Assembly (NCBI RefSeq): GCF_016432865.1
Contig: NC_067399.1
Span: 258,974,001-259,038,000, forward strand
Reading direction: 5' to 3'
From: Antechinus flavipes
Taxonomy: Eukaryota
DNA: 64,000 nucleotides
Part shown: piece by piece, positions 46,201 to 56,427 of the stretch
How the letters are laid out: every line of letters starts with the position of its first letter
Numbering within the stretch: the stretch's first letter is position 1
The notes under the pieces: model-generated
Told to the model about the DNA's origin: nothing
The model's input: the letters and a program-made list of their open reading frames with translations, nothing else
Database searches by the model: none
Translations under genes and position numbers: made by a program

Positions 46201-47300
46201 ATTTTGGTATTCAATACTCCCCATCCATCCCACCTTTTATTTATCCTCATTCTTTTTGGATAAATAGTACCTTTCTAGTACCTTAGTCCACACCCTGGTT
46301 TCATCATACCTATTCTTAGCAATATCTACAAAGTCAAATTTGCATCTTTACATTAAGACTTCTAGTTTCTTTTTTCCCATCTAAACTTTAGGCCTTTGTG
46401 TATAGGCACTAGATGCCTATAGGCATCTAGTTTCAATTTGGTTTAATTATTTTAATTATCAGCTCCTTTCTTGGATTTTGAGTTTTATGGCATCTGGGCA
46501 ACTGCCATTTTTTTCTTTATTATAGTTTCTCTCTATGATATCTCGCTTGGAGTATTTACATAGATAGCCCTTTCTCTCTGCCATCTTTTTTTGACTTAAA
46601 GACCTTTTGATTAGATTTGCAAGTTACCCAGTAAATTTTTTTCTTATCAGTCTTGGTTAGGTGTGCTCCATCACTGCCTGGGAATCTGTCTTCCCAATAT
46701 TTTAATCAGTGGTCCAGAAATCTTAAGTCCCATTCTCAAATTCCACCTTCCTGGCCAGTTACTCACTTCCCAAATTAACTTTTCTTAACTTTTCTCTTAC
46801 CTTCAATGACAATAAGAAAGAAAATGCAATGTATATCTCTCTGGGCTTTAGTTTCTTGCTCAAGATTTCATAGTGGTTGGTAATACTTTTTAGATTTCTT
46901 TTGGCTGTTTCATTTGTCCCTGTATGAATCACCATAAGCGGAAAATAGTCATCTGTTTTGTTAAGTCTCAGGAGTTTCTCTATTAGACTTTGGATATATG
47001 CCCTGGGAAAACAACATATCTGTTTGTTGCTGCCGTTGGGTCCACAAACTGTGGCCTCAGGACCTCTGAGTGGATAATCATCAAATACAGCCACACTTCT
47101 TTTTTCCCTCTGACTTTCGTGGGAGATCTCTCACCTGATGGTTTCTGGGATTCTATGATATCATCCTTGAGAGGACATGCAGCTGCTTCCTCCCCAGAGC
47201 ATCCAGCTCCTTCCTCTTCTGGAAAAACTTCAAATCTATTTTTAAGCTTTAAGCATACAGCTGTCCTTTCTCTTTCTCCTTTGTGAAACATTCCTCTACT
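43245..47300 (-). mobile_element. Long CR1/L3 remnant spanning ORF1 esterase, ORF2 APE and RT, and the 3' end
   Basis: ORF1: LKNRFEV, DDYPLRGPEATVC..ICCFPRA..LIEKLLRL..DDYFPLMVIHTGTNETA, DGAHLT (46658-46672). ORF2: CLYTKA (about 46400), NNFLTCFRDNFILQNVEE and ILGPILTNRKE (45.8-45.9 kb), PQESVFGPVLFNIF (44.84-44.88 kb). L3 3' end at 43.25-43.6 kb. Confidence 0.88.
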
Positions 47301-48528
47301 CTAACATACAAACAGAAGTTGAATCTTCCTTCTTCCATCTCTGAGCCTTCACACACACCCTCAATTTTTCCCCACTGAAAACATTTCTGTTTTCTTTAGA
47401 AATATTTCATTGTCCATAACAGCCTGAAGAGAGGGAGATAGCTTCTTCTCTCAGGAGGGAAAACGGCCTACTTTTGGGATTCAGCTGGGGCAGAAATACA
47501 AACACTATTCAATTGATTCAAGTCATTATATATTTTCACCTACTCTTCATTCTGATTAAAATTTTCAGTCTTTTTTTTTGTTTGTTTGCTTGGATTACAT
47601 GTGGTAACTCCAATTGCCTCAGGGGAAAAAAAGAAAGAAAATAGACTACATGTGGATATTTATATCTCACTTGATTAAAACTTTTATTGCCTGTTATCTC
47701 ATTTTAATAACTTAACAACCCTATTAAACTTCCTTTCCTTGAAGACTCAACAACAAACACACAGCTAAACCACATCTCCCCTTGTGACTTGAAAAAACTT
47801 GTTTCACCCATTTTCCTCATCTGTTAATCCTCTCTTGTCAATTTGCTGAACGTTGGTTGCTCAGATTTATTCAGCTTATCTTTTTCTTACTTTCATGGCT
47901 AATACTATCAACTACCTTCTTTTTTTTTTCTCTTGGGTTTCCACCTGTAGGTCATATTCCTCAAATCTCTTTAATAACTCTGGAGGCCCTTGGAGCCTGG
48001 ACCTGTGAGAGCTCTAGAGGGCCGAAGGATTGTTACTTATCTCAGAGGGTTTAGTGAAACAGGGTTGATCTGGGAACTCTTTTCCATGTGGCAACTAATT
48101 AAAAAAAAAAATTCAGTCCCTGGCCCTCAGTGGTTATGGAGTATAAAAATATTGGGTTTTTGGATGATTTAGTGTGGCCTCTAAATACAATTCCCTCAGG
48201 AAGACAACTGCACTTTCCTGTATACTGTGAAAAAAGAAGGGAGGGATAGGTGTTGGGCCAGGAGATGTGACATCATGAGGAGCCCCCTTGCTCAGAGACT
48301 TGTCTTGAGAGAAGAAAATGTCAGGAGAGGAGGTTTGGTGTCAGGGGTGGCCTTTTCCTGCCGGGTGCCTGCTGGTAATGGAAGTAGAGAAGGAAGGAGG
48401 AGACTCCGAAGCCAGAAGTAAAGGCCCTTGTCCTCCAAGTGTGTATATGGGAGCCACAGCCCAGGTGTTTGCGTGCTTTACCAGAAGTGGCAATTCTTAG
48501 TCCAGGTGACTCCCACATTCTCCTGCAG

Positions 48529-48653
48529 GAGTTGGAGTGATCAGCATGGAGCGGGCGTACCCCCTCCTCCTGGGTTCCAACATCGGTACAACGACCACCG
48601 CCTTGCTAGCTGCACTAGCCAGCCCTGCTGACCAGCTGCTCAGTGCTGTCCAG
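48529..48653 (+). CDS. SLC34A3: SLC34A3 exon 12: [42 protein letters not shown]
   Basis: 125 nt; LGSNIGTT motif; AG/GT boundaries. Confidence 0.97.
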
Positions 48654-49551
48654 GTATTATTAAATTTTTTTGGATTCTGCAGGTGTTTTAATGTGACTGA
48701 GCCTAGGTTTGTAGATTCTCCCAAAGCCCTTCCCTAAAAAAAAACCTTTTCCTTTGGTTTACACTCTCTGCTTAGGGGCAGAGTGTGGAATGGAGAAAAT
48801 ACCAATCTCACAGTAAACAGGACAGTATTAAGGAATGCCCTATTCCATATTTGACATAAGCTTTCTCCATTGTATGCAATTTAATCCAAGAAACCCTCCA
48901 TGTATGTCCTAAATTCTATCCCAACTAATGCTCATTTCTTCTCCTTTTAGTATCTTCCATTTCTCCCTCTTCTCTGGCTTCATAAGAAAAACACTTAATC
49001 CAATTACCACTTAGGTTTCTCCCTCTCTTTTGCCACTAAATTTTTCTATTGCACGTGCCAGCAGACCGAGGGGCAGGAATGAGAACGAGGTCCCAGACTT
49101 TGCCCGAACTGTCACTGAGTCACCCTTATCCAGAGTTGATTCCAAGCTCACCAACCTCTTATCAAGCCTGATTTGTCCTAGTTTATCATGAATTGATTAA
49201 GAAATGATCAGAACACCCTGTCTCATAATCATCAGAAAAAATCCTGGGCAGGGCAGGGGTCCATGAGGAATGCCCTTGATAACCTCTTAGCTGGGATAGA
49301 TTAAGAATAGGTAGGGCCTCTGTGTAACCCAGTCCCCAGGGGCCCCCTTACCCAAGAAGTCTCTGTACTCTGATCTGTTCTATAAAATGCCCTTTTGCGG
49401 CCTGGAGTCCTGGGGCCTTTGTGATATTATGTGAATGCTCTCTTGCCCAGAAATCAGTCCTGGCTGAGTAATACTATTTGTGGGGAATGATCTGGGGATC
49501 CTGTTGAGAGGACTCTTTCCACTCTATATTCTAACAAAGATTTCTCCCTAG

Positions 49552-50025
49552 GTCTCCCTCATCCACCTGTTCTTTAACATAGCTGGCATTTTGCTATGGT
49601 ACCTAGTGCCTGCCCTCCGCCTGCCCATCCCTCTGGCCAAGAAGTTTGGGAATGTGACTGCCCATTACCGCTGGGTGGCCGGTGTCTACCTGCTCTTCAG
49701 CTTCTTCCTGATACCCCTGGCGGTCTTCGGGCTATCCATGGCAGGAACTGTTGTGCTAGCCGCTGTGGGAGGGCCCCTGCTCGGGCTCCTAGCCTTGGTC
49801 ATCCTTATCAATGTGATGCAGCGGCGTTGCCCCGCCTGGCTCCCCCGCTGCCTCCGGTCCTGGGACTTTCTCCCAATTTGGCTCCACTCGCTTCAGCCCT
49901 GGGACCAAGTCATCACAAGCTGCTGCAAGTGCTGTCCCCAGGCCCATGACCCACCTGCGGACACCACAGTCAAGGAAGCCTACTGCTACGAGAATCCTGT
50001 TGTCCTGGACACCCACAGGCTGTGA
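49552..50025 (+). CDS. SLC34A3: SLC34A3 exon 13 (last coding exon): [17 protein letters not shown]...WLHSLQPWD...SCCKCC...[17 protein letters not shown]. Sodium-dependent phosphate transporter 2C, 620 aa in total
   Basis: Acceptor tttctccctAG; the 12 coding exons total 1863 nt with no internal stop; IIc-specific KEAYCYENP and WLHSL motifs; synteny. Confidence 0.97.
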   Translation, partial: VSLIHLFFNIAGILLWYLVPALRLPIPLAKKFGNVTAHYRWVAGVYLLFSFFLIPLAVFGLSMAGTVVLAAVGGPLLGLLALVILINVMQRRCPAWLPRCLRSWDFLPIWLHSLQPWDQVITSCCKCCPQAHDPPADTTVKEAYCYENPVVLDTHRL

Positions 50026-50277
50026 AAATCCAGCTTCTTATTATCCCTGGTCACCGGGCCTGAGAGAAGGGTGAAAGGACATGGAGAAGTGTCAGGCTCA
50101 CGGGTGTGGGTCCTCTCAGGGAGGGCAACAATTGTGCACAGATTCATACAAAAGACTGGAGAGGTGAGCCCTGGGTAGATCCAGGGAAGGCTTCTAGGAC
50201 ACTGCCGTGTCATATTTACACCCCACATGCTCCCATCTACAGCAAACCTATCCTCAAATTCCCTTTTATTCTTACAG

Positions 50278-50283
50278 AATAAA
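50278..50283 (+). terminator. SLC34A3: Polyadenylation signal (AATAAA) for SLC34A3
   Basis: First AATAAA after the stop, about 250 nt downstream. Confidence 0.65.
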
Positions 50284-51497
50284 TGGAGCTCTATATCATA
50301 CCCTCCTTTGCCCCTCCCCAGGCTTCTGCTTTCCTGAGCCTACTGGCTTCTGGGTTGGGAGGCTGCCTGAGGTGAGAATCACACCTCTAGGCTGCCAGGA
50401 GCTGAGTGAGAAAGGGACAAACCTGGCTGATGCTGCCCCTTGCTGGTTAACTAGGGACTTTGCCAGACTGATGTGAGGTGGAGAAGAAACAAATCTGCAA
50501 TACTTCTGAGACTGGCTGTATGTCATATGTGGCTGATGGGTGATCCTGTTCCCCGAACTACCCAGAGGGGAGTCAGCAGCCAGAGACACAGGCCCATCCT
50601 CAGAAATTTTTTGGTCCAAGGGATCCAGGGATGGGAATCTGAATATGATGGGGCAGAAATCTGTCTGGGACTAGTGCTACTAAGTATGAAAAATCCAAGC
50701 ATTCTTGACTAAGAATAGTTTCCTAGGCAGGTCTATGTGGGCCCAAGTTAGTAGGTTCGCATCCAAAAGAGAAAGGAATAAGAGAGAGCCTTGGGATCAG
50801 CAACAGTTTTATAACAGTCATAAGATAATCATCAATCAATAAACATTTATTAAGTACTTACAGTGCACCAGGCAACTGTGCTTAGCATTAGAATACAGGG
50901 GCTGGGAGGTGGGGGGTGTGGAGGGGGGGAGACAAAAACAGTCCCCACATTCAAATGGCTAGCATTTATATAAGACTTTAAGTTTTACAAAGTGGTTATC
51001 CTTCTTGATCCTTTCAACAATCCTATGTTATATACCACAAATTACTATTACCGTTCATAAATGGGGAAATTGAGACTTAAAGAGATTTTGACAACAGAGG
51101 CAAGACTAAAACTCAGATTTCTGTGGATACCAAATCCATCATTCTTTACAATATATGCCCTTAGAATCTGGAGGTGGCAGAGATTTTTATTTTATTTTAA
51201 TAGTATTCTATTTTTCTAATACATGCAAACATAGTTTTCAACATTCACCTATGCAAAATCTTATGTTGACGGAAGAGATTTTAATGATAAATAATAATAA
51301 TAGTCAGAGGGAAGCAGCATGATTGGTTTAAGAGAAATCACTGGGCCAGTTTAGATTGGATGGGGGAGGGATTGGGAGATCATTCGTTGTCAAGATAATT
51401 CCTGCACTCTGCTGCAGCATTCATTCCATCCCTTTGGGTGGGCCACTTAATCTCTAGACTTGTTTCTTCATCTATAAAACAAAGGGTCCACATTCTT

Positions 51498-51780
51498 TTT
51501 TTTTTTTTTTAATAACTTTTAATTGACAGAACCCATGCCAGGGTAATTTTTTACATTATCCCTTACACTCACTTCTGTTCCGATTTTTCCTCTCCCTCCC
51601 TCCACCCCCTCCCCCAGATGGCAATCAGTCCTATATATGTTAGATATGTTGCAGTATATCCTAGATACAGTATATGTGTGCAGAACCGAACAGTTCTCTT
51701 GTTGCACAGGGAGAATTGGATTCAGAAGGTAGAAATAACCTGGGAAGAAAAACAAAAATGCAAACAGTTTACATTCATTT
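51498..51780 (-). mobile_element. Young 5'-truncated L1 (3'UTR only) with a perfect 18-bp TSD
   Basis: caaagggtccacattctt at 51480-51497 and 51781-51798; poly-T at the left end; endonuclease-type site tctt|aa. Confidence 0.92.
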
Positions 51781-52509
51781 CAAAGGGTCCACATTCTTAA
51801 GTGATCTCCAAGATACCTCCCAATTTTAAGTTGTGTAACATTCTTATTCTTTCTTTACCATTAGTTTTTCCCTGAGCAGGCCCTCCTACTGTCCGAGCTG
51901 TAGCCCTGAGAAGGTCATCCATCATTCTGTGGGATGTGGAATCACTAAGAAGAAAGAGGATGCCTTTGAGGCATTTTTCATGATCCTTCAACCCCACAAT
52001 CACTAATTTGAGTGGCTACTGTTAAGTTGCTATATTCCCACAGATATTATTTTGAGTGGCAATGGTATTGCTCTAAGTTCCTGGATTTCTCCAACACCAG
52101 AGGGCTCCATTCTACACACCATAAGTCCAGACAAATTTAGCAATATGTCTAGAAAACTAGGTCCTGAAATCAGGGCTTCCTTATGTTTAATCTTTCCTCT
52201 TCCTGTTGTCCTTTCACTACATCTCAATTCATCCTGTTCTGAACAGCAAAGATTAGCCACTGATTTCTGTAGATTAGAGTTTGGGAGGGTGGTTTTTTCT
52301 TTTCTCTGAAAAATCTGGTTCCTTCAGCACAAGTCTTAGCTAAGTACTGTGAAGATCTAACTCCCTGGGTATGTGATCATAGAAAAACCTTCTGCATCTG
52401 TGTTCTCATTCATAACAAGGACGAAAAAGAATTGCCTCTCTGTCTGTCACCTGGAATGTCACAAGAATAAAATGAAGTCATAAAAGGGGGAGATCCTACC
52501 CAAAAAATG

Positions 52510-52695
52510 TTAAAGGTGCTTTTAAGTATGAGAATTTGTTTCAAGTTCCTTAATTACCTCTTTTTTTTTTTTTCCATTGGACCTTCTTTCAATTTTCCAC
52601 AATTGGGTCCAGCATTGGAATCTTGTATCTGCAACAGGGTGTGTGAAGCTAATTTGGATTGAAAGATAACTCTCAGATAGAGTTCCTCCACCAAA

Positions 52696-52750
<55 letters not shown>

Positions 52751-52940
52751 TACACATATTCATATTCACAACACATTTTAATGTTTAATCTGCGTTTTTT
52801 AACATTCTCTTTATTCCTTAGGCTACATGATCGACAAAATAATAAACCAAGCTCTGATTTGTAGTGTTTGGTGATTTCTAAGATGTAAATGCTCTCACTG
52901 AAAAAGTAACAACAATCAACCCTCTGAGTCTGTACAAGCA
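52510..52940 (-). mobile_element. MER63/Blackjack-like hAT remnant containing a palindromic microsatellite
   Basis: aataaaccaagctctgatttgtagtgtttggtgatttctaagatgtaaatgct is the reverse complement of the 9.87-9.91 kb core; end ccagcatactcctg. Confidence 0.55.
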
Positions 52941-53399
52941 GGTTCCAGCATACTCCTGAGTCAGGGAAAGGGACCCTGTTTTCTGGAGAACCACTTCCAG
53001 ATCAGTTATAACAACAGGAGTAGATTCTCCAACCTGGGGGTCACCTAGTTAGCACATATCTGACGCTGGATTTGCACTCAGGAAGAAGAGTCTTCCTGAC
53101 TCCAGGTCTAATACTCTATGTACCACCTAGTTGCTCCAGTGATTAAAAAGACCTTAGTTCAAACCAGCTTCAGCTACTTACTAGCTGTGTGACCCTGGGT
53201 AAGGCACTTAAACCAGTTTGCCTCAGTTTCCTTAACTGTAAAATGAGTTGAAAAAGTAGTAAAGCACTAAAGTATTTTGCTTTTTTGAGCAATTGAGCAA
53301 ACCTGAGACAACTGAACAACTTCTTGACTCTAGGTCTAGCATTCTGTCCACTGTACCACCTAGCTGCCCATCTGGCTAGCATCTGAATGGTAGCTTTCT

Positions 53400-53990
53400 G
53401 AGTAGAGAGATGGGGATTGATGCAAGAAATGGAAGCAGAATTGACAAGACTTGATAAACTGACTGGCTATAAGGGTTGAGAGAGAGTGAAAATCTGAGGA
53501 TAATCTTGAGATTGGGAATATAAGTGAATGGAAGGATTGTAGGATCTTGGACAGAAAGAGGGAACTTAAGAAGAAGGGAGGTTTTAGGAGAAAGATAATG
53601 ACTTACATTCAAAGTGTGTGTGTTATATATACAACATGGCTAAAGTAAGATGTCCAGCAGAGAGTTGGTGATACAGGACTGAGGTTTAGGAGAGAAATGG
53701 GAGCTTTTGGTGGCATCTGCACGGAGATGACAATTGAATTCAAAGGATCAAAAGAGCATAATGGAAAGAGCAAAAATAAGCCCGTGATGTAAACCCATGA
53801 GGGGGAGTTTAGAAACAAAGAATGATCCAGCAAAAGAGACCAAGAAGCAGCGGTCCATCAGTGGAGAACTATGGGGGAAGCACATCATAGAAGCTAAGAG
53901 AGGAGATAATATACAGAAGGAAGTGCAGTGGGCAACGACTTTGGAATAGATGGATGAGGCCAGAGTGTGGCAGGCTTTGAACAAGAATAG
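53400..53990 (-). mobile_element. L2 LINE RT remnant
   Basis: ggtggcatctgcacggagatgacaattgaattcaaaggatc is the antisense L2 YADD region. Confidence 0.7.
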
Positions 53991-55569
53991 AGGAGTTTCA
54001 AGTTGGTTTGGTAGGCCATTTCAGGTTCTTGATCAGAAGAGTCAGATAGTATGCACATACATTTGTTATTGGGATCATCTCAAAGGGGGGAGGGAATGAG
54101 AAGATACCACAAAACATATTTAAGGAAGTAATCTGTTTACCATGAGCAACCAGGGCAGAAAAGACATCCCCTGAAGGCAAAGTACAGCTCACAGTATATA
54201 TATATTAAGGAGGAAGAGCACCTTCCTACCTGGGGTTAAGCCTAGGGGGAGGTGTTATAGGATTATAGACTGATTATGCATCTCCTGCAAGTCTTAGATC
54301 TTTATGAATTCTAGTGCAGGAAGTTGCCTCCTCCTTTAGTCCTTGTGTGTGTCATTGAGAGAGAAGGAGATTGATGCAAGAAATGGATGCAGAATTGGGT
54401 ATAGGTTGAGAAAGAGTGAAAGTCTGAGGCTCAGTGTGATGATACCCCGGATAGCCCTGAGTACTGCTGACAATCATCCCGGTGGGCCTGGGAGTAGTAC
54501 GGCATGAAGATCCCCAAATTCTCCCAGGTAGCTACAGGTGTCTGCTCAGCTACCTTGGTCCCAGTTGCTATACAGAGGGAAAACAGCAGAGGGCCCAGTG
54601 CCAAGTCTGGACGTGCAGCCGCTGCTTACCAAGTTGGCACTTGAGTCACCAGCTGAAAATGTGTCATTGATTGTCAGAGGGCCCAACCCCGGGAAGTCAG
54701 CCTGCTGGAGCTGGAAGGCAAGGAGCGCTGGGGTGACTGGGGGTGAGGCTGGCACAGGGAATGAGAGGCTCTATTCTCTGGCAAGCCCTGAAGGCTCTTC
54801 CTTCTGACTCTTACTCAGAGCTGTCAGCTTTCCCAAATGCACACTTGTGGGGGAGGGTTATTGTTCAGTCATGTCCCACTATTTGTGGCCACATTTCCCT
54901 TTTTCTTAGCAAAGATACTGAGCAGGCTTGCTATTTCTTTTTGTAGCTCATTTTACAGATGAAAAACCGAGGCAAGCAGGTGAAGTGACTTGCCCAGGGT
55001 CACACAACCACGACATGTGTCTGAAGACATAAGGCCCAGCACTCTCTTCACTGCAGCACCCAATGTGGGCCTCGGGAGCAGGCGTGATTTTGAGAATGCT
55101 GCTTTGGTTTTCCATTGTTGTGAGAGGCAAGGTTTATCAAAGGAAGGCCCAGAGACATTTATCCACTATCATCAGGCATGTGTATTTTCTACCTAAATAT
55201 CACTGCTTGTTTCACGCAAGTCTAGTCATCTAAGGTTTACTTGTGGGAGGAAAAGACTTCCACTGCTGATGGTGAAGAACTGACTATAGGATCAGGTACT
55301 AGAGATGATCTAGGGCAGCCAGGTCATGGAGTGGATAGAATAGCAGGACTGGAGCTAGGAAGAACTAATTTCAAATGCCCTTCAGACACTTTCTGTGTGT
55401 ACCTGTTTGCTCTTAATTCCTTAACTTTAAAATGAACTGGAGAAGGAAATGGTAAACCACATCAGGATTTTTGCCAAGAAAACTCCAAATGGGCTCAGGA
55501 AGAGTTGGACACAAATGAACACTAACAACAACTAATAATGATCTGGCATTGTTCGTAATGTTCACATCA

Positions 55570-56160
55570 TGAGAAATCACAAACTTGATTGCTTGTAATA
55601 TTTATGTTCGTGGAAACTGAGTGGCTGCCCATCATTTTGAGGGAATGCTGAATAAATGATGGTATATAAATGTAATGGAATACTAAAAGAAATGAAGACC
55701 TGGCTGATTTCAGAAAAGCCTGGAAAGACTTGCATGAACTGATACTGAGTGAAGTGAGCAGAATGGAGAGAACATTGTGCACAACAAGTATGATTAACTG
55801 TGATGGACTTGGCTCTTTTCAACAATGAGGTGATTCAAGTCAATTCCAATAGACTTAGGATGGAAAATGCCATCCAGATCCAGAGAGGGAACTATAGAGA
55901 CAATGTGGATCAAAATAGTCTTCATTTTTGTTGTGTTGTTGTGTATTTGCTTAATTTTTTTCTTTCTATAGTTTTTGAGCTGACTTTTCTTGCACAACTT
56001 GACAAATATGGAAATATGTTTAAAAGAATTGCACAATCTAACCTATATTAGATTTTTTGCTATCTTGGGGAGAAGGGAAGGAAGGAGAAAAGTCTGGAAC
56101 ACAAAGTTTTAGGAAAATGAATGTTGAAAACTATCTTTACAAGTATTTGAAAAAATATTA
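55570..56160 (+). mobile_element. L1 ORF2 C-terminus and 3'UTR (sense)
   Basis: gctgcccatcattttgagggaatgctgaataaatgatggtatataaatgtaatggaatact...cttgcatgaactgatactgagtgaagtgagcagaa. Confidence 0.8.
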
Positions 56161-56427
56161 TTTAAAAATTATGTTTGATAATATTAATAGTTTCATGGGT
56201 CACCCAAACCCAAAACAAAACAGGGGTCAAACAACCACCTTTGCTCCTTAAAGTGTTCTGAACAAATTTAAAATATAATGGGGAAATACTTAACAAAATA
56301 AATTTAAAATGCAATAGAACATATATAATGTTAATATGTGAATTTTAACCCAATTTGCAGTTATAGGCATCCTTCTGTCTGATTTACTGACCCATTTCTT
56401 TTTGAATTTGCTTTACATCACTACATT

